Shown here piece by piece: positions 18,039 through 28,534 of a DNA stretch of 64,000 nucleotides. The notes under the pieces are model-generated. The model ran no database searches. It was not told the origin of the DNA and was given only the letters and a program-made list of their open reading frames with translations. Origin of the DNA: Candidatus Obscuribacteraceae bacterium (GTDB lineage: Bacteria; Cyanobacteriota; Vampirovibrionia; Obscuribacterales; Obscuribacteraceae); NCBI GenBank assembly GCA_044229845.1, contig JBGASG010000012.1, positions 1-64,000 on the forward strand. Direction: 5' to 3'. Each line of letters begins with the position of its first letter. Positions within the stretch are counted from its first letter, which is position 1. The position numbers and the translations under genes are program-made.

Positions 18039-20009
18039 TTAAATGCCGATGCGGTCGCGGTATCGCTTGATCAAAATCTGAGCTTCTTCGTAGTAGCCGG
18101 ATGCGGGCGGAATCTGCTGCAGCGACTGAATGGCAGCGGGCAGGCGATTGGCGCGCACATATTCGCGAGCGAGCGCCATGGACAGCTGATCCAGCTGTTC
18201 GTTGTCGGCAGCTCGATTGTCGTTGCGCAACAGTGCCAACACATGCCCGGCATCGTCCAGCTTGCCTTCAGAAAGTAACGTCTGACAATACTTTGGACTG
18301 GCCTGCGGCTGCGTCATAGCGATGCCCATAATGGCGCCGCCTGCGATGATCACGCCCACCACGAGCAGCGTAATCAACATGCCGTGGCTGCTGGAAGCAT
18401 CGCCGCCTTTGTTGCCGCTTGGCGCGAACGTCGTCGGCGCAAAACGTCCACTAGGAGTTGTGTCGTACTCCTCACTATCTCTATAAGTCTTAGTCCTGGC
18501 TCCAGAATCTCGCCAGCTGTAAGACTGATTGTTGGGGGTCGAAGTCTGGCTGGCTGGAGCAGCGGGCTGGCTCGGCGCAGCATCGGATAGATTGGACGGA
18601 ACGGTGTCCGGCGTGGTCGCCGGGGTGTTTAGATAAGGACGCGGCGGTGCGGCACCGGCAGTGGGACGCAATGCGGGTTCTGGCGGCGGTGCGGGAGGTG
18701 CTGGTGCGGCTGGTGTCGGCTGCGCAGGCGGTTCGGCTGCCGGAGCGGCTGACGCAGACGGCACCCCCGGTGCAACGACCGGATTACCAGAGGGCTCCGC
18801 TGCAACGGGCACCGGTGCTGGAGTCGAAGACGAGGTCCACATGCCTGCATGGCTGGAGCCAATGTCAGCAGCTGGGGTCGGCGCGAGGTTTGGACTGTCA
18901 GCCACGGCTGCCGCACCTTCTATGACAGCTGCGGCACCCAGATTAGCCGGACCGGGGGGCGTGTCCGAAAGCAGTCCTTCCAGGCGTTTGAAAACATCGT
19001 GCGTCGAGGCATTACCGGTGGGATCAATGGGGCGCGCCGAGTCCGTCACCGCAGTTGGTGCCGAGCGGGGCTTACAGGCCCGGTGGATCTCTTCCCAGAA
19101 CTCCATCATCGACTGCGGGCGGTCGCTGGGGCTCTTAGATAGTGCGCGTTGCAACACCTGTTCCATCGCCGCCGGAATGGTCGCCTCGCATGTCACGCTT
19201 GCCACCGAGGGCGGTGCAGCAATCACGTGCGAAGAAATCAGATTGATCAGGTCAGTCGACTTGAAGGGGACCACACCCGACAGCATCTGAAAAATCACCA
19301 CTGCCAACGAATAGACATCTGACCGCACATCACCTGATTGTCCGAGAAAACGCTCCGGACTCATATAGACCGGACTGCCGAAGACCACGCCGGGAGCTGT
19401 CGAATCCGGATCGTTCATGCGCTCGGTACCCTTAGCAATACCGAAGTCGAGGATGATCACGTGGTTTTTGCGTCCCGCCCGCTCCACTAGAGCTATGTTT
19501 GCCGGTTTGATGTCCCGGTGAATCAAGCCCTGGTTGTGTGCTTCGCCAATCGCTTCGCACATCTGTTGAATGATCGGCAACGCTTCGAACAGCTCGAGCC
19601 GCTTGCGTTCGAGCAAATACTTATCCATGGTTGTGCCGTCCAGCAACTCCATGGCAATGAAGGGTTGTCCGCCGGCGGCGATACCGAAGTCGTAAACGGT
19701 GATGATGTGGGGATGATTGAGCCGGCTGGCTGCCTTGGCTTCATGATGAAACCGCTTGACCGCCTGCCGATTGGATGCCAGCTCTTTCGGCAAGACCTTG
19801 ATCGCCACTTCCCGCGATACGGCCTCCTGCACTGCCCGATAAACCACCCCCATCGAGCCCACACCGATAACATCGGTAATGCGGTAACGGTCCTCGATTA
19901 CGCTGCCAATCAGCGGGTCGGTAATGAGCGGCATGAGGTCGGCGAAGTCATCAGGGCAATTCTGAATCTCATCGCCGAATTCCTTTTCGCACAGTGGACA
20001 AATCTTCAT
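18039..20009 (-). CDS. Hanks-type Ser/Thr protein kinase with Pro/Ala linker, TM helix and C-terminal TPR-like domain
   Basis: N-terminal CxxC...CPDD, IGVGSMGVVY, VAIK, HRDIKPAN, DFG, YMSPE, DVYSL; TM LITLLVVGVIIAGGAIMGIAM. Confidence 0.93.
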   Translation of the reverse strand: MKICPLCEKEFGDEIQNCPDDFADLMPLITDPLIGSVIEDRYRITDVIGVGSMGVVYRAVQEAVSREVAIKVLPKELASNRQAVKRFHHEAKAASRLNHPHIITVYDFGIAAGGQPFIAMELLDGTTMDKYLLERKRLELFEALPIIQQMCEAIGEAHNQGLIHRDIKPANIALVERAGRKNHVIILDFGIAKGTERMNDPDSTAPGVVFGSPVYMSPERFLGQSGDVRSDVYSLAVVIFQMLSGVVPFKSTDLINLISSHVIAAPPSVASVTCEATIPAAMEQVLQRALSKSPSDRPQSMMEFWEEIHRACKPRSAPTAVTDSARPIDPTGNASTHDVFKRLEGLLSDTPPGPANLGAAAVIEGAAAVADSPNLAPTPAADIGSSHAGMWTSSSTPAPVPVAAEPSGNPVVAPGVPSASAAPAAEPPAQPTPAAPAPPAPPPEPALRPTAGAAPPRPYLNTPATTPDTVPSNLSDAAPSQPAAPASQTSTPNNQSYSWRDSGARTKTYRDSEEYDTTPSGRFAPTTFAPSGNKGGDASSSHGMLITLLVVGVIIAGGAIMGIAMTQPQASPKYCQTLLSEGKLDDAGHVLALLRNDNRAADNEQLDQLSMALAREYVRANRLPAAIQSLQQIPPASGYYEEAQILIKRYRDRIGI

Positions 20010-20100
20010 CGATTGAGCCTTACGCTCTCCTAATAGCTTCGCCCTCTAATCCGCCTTATAATCTGCGGAGCCCCAAAATTCAGGCAGGAGCATCAATTAC

Positions 20101-21129
20101 ATGCCCGAACTTTCGTCCCGGTCAAACGTTTCGGCAAACAAGGGCGGAGCTTTTACAGATGTCTCAAAACTGCCGGGCTGGCACCTCTGGCGTAGTCGCC
20201 GCCACCTCCTTGATGTTGACGATATCCAGGCCGAAGAGCTAAAAGCCCTGATGGCGCTGGCTGCCCATTGCAAAGAATCTTATGTAGACCGGGACTCTGA
20301 ACCACTTCCCATTCTGGCACGAAAGACCATCGCCAATGTTTTCTACGAAAATTCGACAAGAACGCGCAGCAGCTTCGAATTAGCGGCACGCAAGCTCGGT
20401 GCCACCATCCTCAATTTCGAGCCCAAGATGTCGTCAGTGTCCAAGGGAGAAACGATATCGGACACTGCCAATATCCTCATCCAGCTGGGCGCCAGCGCCA
20501 TCGTCCAGCGCCACAGTGCATCGGGCAGCGCTCACCAGATAGCGGCGGAACTTGGCGACCGCGTCCAGATTATCAACGCCGGAGATGGCTGGCATGCCCA
20601 TCCTACTCAGGCTTTGCTCGACTATTTCACTATCACCGAAGTACGTCCGCAGGTGTCCGGCGCCAAGATTGCCATTGTCGGTGACATCAAACACAGTCGC
20701 GTGGCGCGTTCGAACATCGCACTCTTGACGCGTATGGGAGCGCACGTGCACGCAGTCGGTCCGCCTACCTTGCTACCGCTTCAACTGGACAAGCTGGGTG
20801 TCACCGTCCACACCCACCTGGAACCGGCGTTGGAAGGCGCCGACTTCGTCATCTGCCTGCGCCTGCAAACTGAACGCATGGAACAGGGCCTCATCCCCAG
20901 CATCGGCGAGTATAAGCGCCTCTACAGGATCGATCATCAAAAACTGAAGCTCTCCAGCAAAGCCGTGCGGCTTCTACACCCGGGTCCGGTCAACCGCAAC
21001 ATCGAAATCACCGACGCGCTCGTCAACGACGAAAACATCTCGCTCATATTCACACAGGTCCACAACGGAATCGCCGTCCGCATGGCGGCGCTCTACTTGC
21101 TGCTTGCCGACGACGAAGAGGAACGCTAA
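20101..21129 (+). CDS. pyrB: Aspartate carbamoyltransferase catalytic subunit
   Basis: FYENSTRT, INAGDG, HPTQALLD, GDIKHSRVARS, RLQTER, HPGPVNR. Confidence 0.97.
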   Translation: MPELSSRSNVSANKGGAFTDVSKLPGWHLWRSRRHLLDVDDIQAEELKALMALAAHCKESYVDRDSEPLPILARKTIANVFYENSTRTRSSFELAARKLGATILNFEPKMSSVSKGETISDTANILIQLGASAIVQRHSASGSAHQIAAELGDRVQIINAGDGWHAHPTQALLDYFTITEVRPQVSGAKIAIVGDIKHSRVARSNIALLTRMGAHVHAVGPPTLLPLQLDKLGVTVHTHLEPALEGADFVICLRLQTERMEQGLIPSIGEYKRLYRIDHQKLKLSSKAVRLLHPGPVNRNIEITDALVNDENISLIFTQVHNGIAVRMAALYLLLADDEEER

Positions 21130-21133
21130 TCCG

Positions 21134-22423
21134 ATGACCGCTCCTGCGATTTTGATACAAGGCGGACTGGTGCTGGATCCAGCCTCCAGCAGCGAACGCG
21201 TCGCCGACATACGAATCAGCGACCAGCAGATAGCGGCGGTCGGAGAGAAACTGGAAAAACGCGACGGAGACACGGTTATCGATGCCAAAGGCATGTGGGT
21301 TTGTCCGGGGTTCATCGACCTGCACACCCACATGCGCGACCTCGGACAAAAAGACAAAGAAGACGTAGTCAGCGCCACGAAAGCCGCAGCCGCAGGCGGA
21401 TTCACCACTATCGTCGCCATGGCCAACACTGAACCGCCCGTCGACAACACGGCGACACTACAGGTGGTGCTATCCCGCATCGCCGCCCACGCTCAGATAG
21501 AAGTCTTGCCGGTCGCTTGTGTCACTAAGGGTCTGCAGGGTGCCGAACTCACCAATATGGTAGACCTGGCGGATGCCGGCGCTATCGCCTTCTCCGACGA
21601 CGGCATGTGCATCATGAACATGGCAGTGCTACGCCGCGCCCTGGAATATTCCCGCCTGGCAGAGCGCGTGATCATCAGTCATTGCGAGGACAAAGATCTC
21701 GCGCTCGGTGGCGTCATACACGAAGGCGCCACGGCTACCAGACTGGGCTTGCCGGGCATCCCAACGACGTCTGAAACCGTGGCCGTGGCCCGCGAAATCG
21801 AAATGGTTCGCCAGTTCGATGCGCCGTATCACTTCACGCACATCTCGTGCGCCGACTCCGTCAATTTGATACGTCGCGCCAAGGAAGACGGGCTTCCTAT
21901 CACAGCCGACGTCACTCCACACCACCTGACGTTGAGCGTCGACGAAATCGAACCGTATCATACGTGTTATAAGATGAAACCACCCTTGCGCACCGCCCGC
22001 GATATCGAAGCGCTGATCAAGGGTCTAAAAGATCGCACCATCGACGCCATCGCCACCGACCACGCACCGCATACCAGACTGGAGAAGGCCGGTACAATGG
22101 CTGAGGCAAATGTCGGCATTATCGGATTGGAGTCGGCACTTTCAGTGACGCTCGAGACGCTGGTTTCTTCAAAAGCTCTCAGTCCGCTCAAGTTTGTAGA
22201 ACTGCTGACCACGGCTCCAGCTGCAGTTCTAGACCTGCCACAGCCATCGCTGAGCGAAGGCGCAGTCGCCAACGTGACCGTCATCGATCCCAACACTAAG
22301 TGGACTTACGATGCCCACGCAGGTCATAGCAAATCAACCAATACCCCGTATCAAGGTCGCCAGCTCATCGGCCGGGTGATCACCACTATCTACCGCGGCA
22401 AGCAGGTCTACAAGCCCGCCTAG
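21134..22423 (+). CDS. pyrC: Dihydroorotase (long type)
   Basis: PGFIDLHTHMR, GGFTT, FSDDG, HCED, VTPHHL, KMKPPLR, ATDHAPH. Confidence 0.95.
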   Translation: MTAPAILIQGGLVLDPASSSERVADIRISDQQIAAVGEKLEKRDGDTVIDAKGMWVCPGFIDLHTHMRDLGQKDKEDVVSATKAAAAGGFTTIVAMANTEPPVDNTATLQVVLSRIAAHAQIEVLPVACVTKGLQGAELTNMVDLADAGAIAFSDDGMCIMNMAVLRRALEYSRLAERVIISHCEDKDLALGGVIHEGATATRLGLPGIPTTSETVAVAREIEMVRQFDAPYHFTHISCADSVNLIRRAKEDGLPITADVTPHHLTLSVDEIEPYHTCYKMKPPLRTARDIEALIKGLKDRTIDAIATDHAPHTRLEKAGTMAEANVGIIGLESALSVTLETLVSSKALSPLKFVELLTTAPAAVLDLPQPSLSEGAVANVTVIDPNTKWTYDAHAGHSKSTNTPYQGRQLIGRVITTIYRGKQVYKPA

Positions 22424-22452
22424 GTTTGCGGAAGTCTATATAAAAGCAGCCT

Positions 22453-23148
22453 TTACAGGGCGATGAATTGGGACAGGTCACGCTTGAAATCTTCTGGCGT
22501 TTTGTACCAGCTTCTTTCAAGCAACACCTTGCCGTTGCCGTCAACGTAGATAACGCGCGGAAAACGTGTAACGTTGAAGCGCTTAGCCGTGGATTCATCC
22601 GCTTCAGCATCGATGCTGCGAAAATCAGCTTTGTTTCTCAGTTGGGATGCAACCTGCTCCCACACGGGTTTGAACTCCGTGCAGTACTTTCACCAACTAG
22701 TCCAAAATTCGTACACTTTCAACCGCCCGGCAATCTGCGGACCAGTCGCTCCACCAGGCTGACCAGCAGCTTGTTGAGCCTGCTGCCCCGGCGACTGCTG
22801 TCCCGCAGGCGCTGGGTGAGTCTTCTCTAGCTGGGCGAGAGCCTGTTGCGCCTGCAGTCCAATTGCTGAATTGCCTGCCGCTCCAGCGACCCACTGAAAG
22901 TTTTGGCGCGCCATGGTGTACTGATGCATGCTCTGATAAGTCAAACCAAGGTAGTAATAGACCTCGGGATTCGATGGCGTTTGCCGGCCCGCCTGACCGA
23001 AATAGTTGAGCGCTTCGCTATATCGTTTGGCGGCGTAAGCTTTTTTGCCTTCATCTATTGGTCCGGCAAGTACAGCTTGGGTGCCGACGATCAGAGTTAG
23101 CGAAAGCCCCATGCTTAATTTCTTCCAGTGATGCGATCGTTCAACCAT
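22453..23148 (-). CDS. Exported TPR-thioredoxin fusion with in-frame TGA at 22692-22690 (putative selenocysteine, UxxC motif); 231 aa if read through
   Basis: ORFs 22690-23148 and 22453-22665 are in the same frame. The joined sequence KVYEFWTSW-[TGA]-KYCTEFKPVWEQVA...SIDAE...AKRFNVTRFPRVIYVDGNGK is a complete thioredoxin fold. The N-terminus has a signal peptide and TPR (PEVYYYLGLTYQSM). Confidence 0.8.
22644..22682 (-). promoter_or_regulatory. Candidate SECIS-like hairpin(s) 3' of the in-frame UGA
   Basis: mRNA: UGA-AAGUACU-GCACGG-AGUUCAAAC-CCGUGU, then GGGAGCA-GGU-UGCAUCCC. Confidence 0.45.
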
Positions 23149-23213
23149 TCGAAGAACCTCCAGGGAAGAAACGGCAGTGTATCACGCGGCGAGCTTGTAT
23201 CTATATTTTACGG

Positions 23214-24662
23214 CTACAGCAACCGGGCATACCAGGCATAACGGGCCAATCCAAGACCACCGCCCACCGCAACACCGGTCCTGGCGCTCCGCAACGATGA
23301 TTGCCAGAGATCTTCGTACGAGTTGATCTTGCCGTCCAGAAAGTCATTAGTGGGGACCGCAATCATCATCGCCACGTTACCCGCAATCATGTCACCGGCC
23401 GCGAATTTTCCCGCGCGCGCGATCGGACCGCCCCCTTCGTACAAGCTAAATCCCAAGCGGGTTGCCGTGGCGCGGTTGGTGGCCTCAGCCGCTCGAACGC
23501 CGATACCCATGCTCACTCCAATCATGGCTCCTGATCGCAGATCATCGAGCACCTGCCCCGCGTTCACCGGCCATACGCGAGACAGCAGCCTTGGACACTG
23601 CTCCCACGGCAGCCAGAGCCAGTAAGTTTTTGCTGCGGAACGCCATTAAAGCGACCGCCATCCCGCCCGCCACAATGTTACCGGCAGTGTCAGCTGTCGG
23701 CATCCAGGACGACAATTGGCCTGAGCCGGGCTCCACCAGCGGTGACACAATTGGGGCAGGCGGCTCAGTCGGTGGAGCAATCGGAGCAGGCGTGGGTGTT
23801 GAGGTTGATTTGCGCTTCTCCAGGATGATCGTCGTTTCTACTTCGGTTGAACCGACAGCATACAAGACCGTCACATTCGGCTTGTTTTCTGAAGTGGTAC
23901 CGTTGGTGACCGTGACGGTACGACCTACTTCTTTGGAAATCTCCGCGGCAATCTGGTCGGACGAGGCATTGTTCGCCATCCACTCCGAAACACGGCGAGC
24001 AACCAGACTGTCTAGCTTGCCGTCCCGCTGCATCTGCCTTTGTTGCGCCATCATGTCAAAGCCGGCAGAATCTGTCAGCGATGCGGTGCTCACTTTGCCG
24101 ACAATGGAATAGTCGGGATGGCTGGCTAGATCAAACTCTCTGTGCAAGCCGATGCCCAGTTGCGGCGCAGTCATTGCTGAAGCGGTGGCGAACAAATTGT
24201 TTTCCAGCCTGAGATTGAACTCGACTTTCAATGCATTGCGTTCAGTCGCGATGTACAGTTCCGGCTGCGCTTCGCTGTTTAAGCCTTTCGTTGACGATCT
24301 TGGCAACCTTTGCCCAGTCTCCCTTTCGTATATTGGTAGTCAGCTCACCCATGCGACTTCTCAGTCTGCGGGCAGATTCCGGCACCGCCTCGAGAGCGGC
24401 ACTCAACCGATTAACATCCATACCAATCACCGTCGCCTTTGGCATTGTCTTGCCCAAAACAAAATTCGCGATGCGAACCCAGTTTGTATTCGACCGCAGG
24501 CGGCGCACATCCCAAGCCGAACGGCTCCGGGTCACCCTCGCCGCGCCATCTCATATCGCGGGCTACGGCTACCATCGAATCCGAGAGCATACGCAGTGAA
24601 GCGGTTTCACTGGCATCACTGTTGGGTTCAAGACCTGGTTTCGAAATCAAGTCAAACGACAT
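23214..24662 (-). pseudogene. Hypothetical protein with Gly/Ala-rich hydrophobic C-terminus, apparently split into four overlapping ORFs
   Basis: Overlapping minus-strand ORFs 24411-24671, 24242-24535, 23542-24306 and 23214-23567 read as a plausible continuous protein across three frame changes. Confidence 0.45.
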
Positions 24663-24959
24663 CGGCGGCACCGTCCGTAGTGAAAGGGGTGTCGAGAGCG
24701 AAGCGCGGGGCTCAGCTCAATACATGCGGGATGTGCAGCCAAGTTTGTCAAACGCGCAGTGTCAGGTCTGCACGGTTTTTACTAATGAAGACCAGGCGAG
24801 TTAAATGAAACAGCTCTCAGGCTCGGAGATGGGAATGCCACCACATGCGGTGCGCTAATAGAGACGTAGATTTGCCCGGGATGACGAACGCCTAAAGGCG
24901 GTTGGAGGTTCCTTCAACACTTTCCTGTCAAGCCGCTAAAATGAGCCACTGTGTCACCC

Positions 24960-25373
24960 ATGCAATGGCTGCGCTTCAAGTTCCGACACCAGGGCGTTAT
25001 TCTCATCTCCCTGGTGTTTGCCCTCATTGTCTTCAACGTTCCGCTACAGCATTTCATCACCCTGGCGCGCTGGCAGCATTACGCGCTGTGCCTGGTTCCA
25101 GTTTCCGCCGGATACCTCATCCAGTTAGCGATTTCCTGGCGCCGCTTGCGTTTTTGGGGTAGAACGTGCCTCACCCTCTCGGCGGCATACCTGGCAGCGT
25201 TCGCCATCGTCATTTACACTAATCCCTGGCTCGATCCTGGAAGCCAACTGGAGACGACGTATCAAAGTTCACTCCAGCGAGCGTTCGGTCTAGGGTTTCT
25301 TGCATTCGGCTTGATTCTAACCATCGCCCTGCTGGCCTGGAACTGGGAAGAGAAGGAGAAGCGCGACACGTGA
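24960..25373 (+). CDS. Hypothetical 4-TM membrane protein
   Basis: Four hydrophobic segments; GTGA overlap with the next gene. Confidence 0.7.
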   Translation: MQWLRFKFRHQGVILISLVFALIVFNVPLQHFITLARWQHYALCLVPVSAGYLIQLAISWRRLRFWGRTCLTLSAAYLAAFAIVIYTNPWLDPGSQLETTYQSSLQRAFGLGFLAFGLILTIALLAWNWEEKEKRDT

Positions 25374-25897
25374 AGCGAATAGTGCTGCTTGTGGGCATTC
25401 CCGGCTCGGGAAAGACGACCCTCTCCAAACGTCTGACGGAACGCGGATTTATCCGATTCTGCGCCGACGATATACGGCAGGAGCTCTGGGGCGATGCCGG
25501 CGATCAGAAAGACCCAGAGACCGTTTTCAACATTTTTTTCAAGAAACTGGAAGAGGCGCTGATTCAGGGCGCCGATGTGGTGATCGACAACACCAATATC
25601 AACACGAAACACCGTCAGCCCATTCTGCAACGAGCTATTACTGCCGGCTACGAAGACATTCAGCTATGGGTCCTGGACACGCCTCTCAATATCTGCCTGG
25701 AACGCAACCGCTCACGCGCCCGCGCCGTACCCGACGATATCGTCACCAACATGTACAACAGCGTCACCGGTGCCGGCAGACCGCGGTCTCACGAAGGCAG
25801 AATTATTATTGTCCGCCCAGGAGTGGGCGATAACGACTTCCGGTTTTTCCCGCTTAAAGCTCCAGGACCACGTCCTACGCGAACATCTCCACACTGA
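25370..25897 (+). CDS. P-loop kinase (AAA_33 / polynucleotide kinase-like)
   Basis: VLLVGIPGSGKTT, CADDIRQEL, VVIDNTN, CLERNRSR, VPDD. Confidence 0.85.
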   Translation: MKRIVLLVGIPGSGKTTLSKRLTERGFIRFCADDIRQELWGDAGDQKDPETVFNIFFKKLEEALIQGADVVIDNTNINTKHRQPILQRAITAGYEDIQLWVLDTPLNICLERNRSRARAVPDDIVTNMYNSVTGAGRPRSHEGRIIIVRPGVGDNDFRFFPLKAPGPRPTRTSPH

Positions 25898-26261
25898 GAT
25901 TGCGGTTGGAGGCTGCCGGCTGTTCGGTCTGGAAGAAGCCAGCCATGCTGTGACCTTCTTCGGTCGCCACTGCCATCGGAGCTTCTTGTACATGCTCGGC
26001 GACCGGCTCGGCTGCCGCGGTGCTGACCGGCTCGGCTGCTGCTTTGGTTTCGACTTTGGCTACTTGAGGAGCTGATTTGACGGTAGTAAGGGTTTCCATG
26101 CCGAGGATGTCGAAAGCGCCATCCCCGAGCATTGCGTCATACTCGGTTTGGTTCATCGACGCTGCTTGCTTGCCGCCGGCGTTCAGACTTGCGAACTCTT
26201 TGTGCAGGTCTGCCGCTTCATTTACGAACTTCGATCGGATGGTTTCTGCCTTCGATGACAT
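25875..26261 (-). CDS. Hypothetical protein (128 aa)
   Basis: ATG-started ORF with natural Ala/Glu-rich composition filling the gap. Confidence 0.65.
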   Translation of the reverse strand: MSSKAETIRSKFVNEAADLHKEFASLNAGGKQAASMNQTEYDAMLGDGAFDILGMETLTTVKSAPQVAKVETKAAAEPVSTAAAEPVAEHVQEAPMAVATEEGHSMAGFFQTEQPAASNRNLSVEMFA

Positions 26262-26387
26262 TGCTTATCTCGCCCTAGATAGTAATGTGCCTTTCCTGAG
26301 CTGCAGTTTAGGCAACTAGCGTGACAAAGAAATGTCAGGGTTGTGGAAGATTCGTGAAATGCCATTTTCTATAGAAGGCGGCAGGAA

Positions 26388-28181
26388 TCAGGGCTTATAT
26401 TCGAGCACCAGTGAGCCGTAAGGCGGCAAAGACACCTTATCTGGATTGGCAGGGGCGGCAGCGTTCGGCCAGCTGGCCTGCAACACCGAGCTATGCCCAC
26501 GCCCGTGGCGCTGTTGCGGCTTCAGTTCGACCACCTGTTCTTCGGGACTCATATTTACGGCAATCAGCAATAGCTGGTCGGGCGCCTGGCGCAGGTAAGA
26601 AACAACCTTAGGGTTGCCCTCTACTGCTTCATAGGTACCGTCGCGCAAAGCCGACGACTTTCGTCTCAATTGAATAAGGCTCTGGTAGTACCTGTATATG
26701 GACTGTTCGTCGGCCGTCTCGGACGCCACGTTATGGGTCTTGAAGTTGTCTGCCACGGGCACCCAGGTCTTTTTAGCTGTGGAGAAACCGGCGTTAGCTT
26801 CCGCGTTCCACTGCATGGGAGTCCTTTCGCCGTCGCGACCCTTTTCCTTGGGCCAACCGATTTTGCCAATCGGATCCTGGACCTCGTCCTTACTTACGGG
26901 ATCGCGATTGGTCATACCAATCTCTTCTCCGTAATAGAGAATCGGCGTGCCCCGCAACGTAAGCAGCATCGTCGCCATCAGTTTGGCAATCTGGTCGTTG
27001 TGCTTGCCGTCTCCGTATCGAACGTAAGCACGCTGCTGATCGTGATTGCTGAACAGGTAAACCGGACATCCCTGCACCGGGTTGCCGTCCACCTCTTTGA
27101 TAATCTTCTGGAACTGCTGCGCATCAAGTTTGTTGACGTCGGCAAAGAAGAAGTTCATGGGCAGCTGGATTTCATCGAGTTTCTTTCCATACATGTCCCA
27201 CAAACCGCTGATGTCTGCAGTGAAGGTTTCGCCTATGACGACGCGGTCGCCATCGTACTTGCCCATCACGGTGCGCAACTCGCGCAACACATCATGAATC
27301 TGCGGCAGGCGGTCATTGAATTTGTGATCCATATTGGGATCGCCGAAATTGTTGACGCCCGGCTTCGTCGGGTTATCTGTGAGCTTCTCGTCTTCATATA
27401 GGGTGCTGATTGCATCCAGGCGGAACCCCGCTACGCCTTTGTCGAGCCAGAAGCGCGTCACGTCGTACATCGCTTCTTTGACAGCAGGATTGCGCCAGTT
27501 GAGATCGGGTTGTTCCGGATAGAAGAAGTGATAGTAGTACTGACCGGTCGTCTTATCCAGCTGCCACGCCGAATGCCCGAAAACCGACTGCCAGTTGTTC
27601 GGGGGTCCACCGTTCTTGCCGTCGCGCCATACATAGAAATCTCTTTTGGAATCCTTGGCTGAAGACTTCGAAGCCACAAACCACGGATGCTTGTCGGAGG
27701 TATGGTTCATAACCAGGTCCATGATTATGCGGATATCGCGCTTCTTCGCCTCTCTCACCAGATTGTCGAAGTCGGCGAGCGTGCCGAATTCCGGTGCGAT
27801 GTTGCAGTAGTCGGAGATGTCGTATCCGAAGTCTACTTGCGGCGACGGATAGCACGGCGTGATCCAGAGCGCGTCCACTCCCAGATCCTTCAAGTAATCG
27901 AGCTTGCTGGTAATGCCGTTGATGTCGCCGACGCCATCGCCATTTGAGTCCGCAAAACTACGCGGATATATTTCATAGAACACCGCGCGCTGCCACCAGG
28001 GCTTGGCTGTTCCTGCTCCCTCTTTCGGGAGCGGTTGCGGATCCATGGACGCCTCAGCGGGCACCTCTGCTGGTGCCGCGCCTGGCAACGCAAACGCGGA
28101 GGGCATTGCCGACCATGTCGATAAAGGCAGCAAAACAGAAAGACATGCAGCCGTCTGGCTGAATCTGCGCCAAAGCCCCAT
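26388..28181 (-). CDS. GH13 alpha-glucosidase (oligo-1,6-glucosidase-like) with signal peptide
   Basis: WWQRAVFYEIYPRSFADSNGDG, DFGYDISDY, DLVMNHTSD, QPDLN, GFRLDA, NHDQ, YYGEEIGM, RDGERTPMQW. Confidence 0.95.
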   Translation of the reverse strand: MGLWRRFSQTAACLSVLLPLSTWSAMPSAFALPGAAPAEVPAEASMDPQPLPKEGAGTAKPWWQRAVFYEIYPRSFADSNGDGVGDINGITSKLDYLKDLGVDALWITPCYPSPQVDFGYDISDYCNIAPEFGTLADFDNLVREAKKRDIRIIMDLVMNHTSDKHPWFVASKSSAKDSKRDFYVWRDGKNGGPPNNWQSVFGHSAWQLDKTTGQYYYHFFYPEQPDLNWRNPAVKEAMYDVTRFWLDKGVAGFRLDAISTLYEDEKLTDNPTKPGVNNFGDPNMDHKFNDRLPQIHDVLRELRTVMGKYDGDRVVIGETFTADISGLWDMYGKKLDEIQLPMNFFFADVNKLDAQQFQKIIKEVDGNPVQGCPVYLFSNHDQQRAYVRYGDGKHNDQIAKLMATMLLTLRGTPILYYGEEIGMTNRDPVSKDEVQDPIGKIGWPKEKGRDGERTPMQWNAEANAGFSTAKKTWVPVADNFKTHNVASETADEQSIYRYYQSLIQLRRKSSALRDGTYEAVEGNPKVVSYLRQAPDQLLLIAVNMSPEEQVVELKPQQRHGRGHSSVLQASWPNAAAPANPDKVSLPPYGSLVLEYKP

Positions 28182-28534
28182 TACATCACCCCTGCCGGAA
28201 CGGACAGAAGTATATCGCCACTTGCGCAGTGCTTACGTCAATCTGGCAATCTCTTGTCCGCACCGTTCAACTGGCACCGGCCCGCAGGAAAACGTGACCG
28301 CACTGGATGCGTCACCATCAGTAGTGGCAACCTGCATCGCCAGACAAACGTCGCATAAATCAGAGAGTCAACTTTCATGGCATTCCGCGCATCCGGGACT
28401 TAACCGGTGATTTAACAAACCTCCAACCGTTATCGAAACGCTCCTCTTGAATATAGAAAAGAGATCCAAAATCCGCACCTCCGGCATGTCGGATATGCAT
28501 ACCGCGCATCCATCGGATATGGAATTAATGTAAC

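Noticed and set aside
22453..22665. Independent 70 aa gene
   Set aside because: It is the in-frame C-terminal half of a thioredoxin fold, lacking its own active site and RBS.
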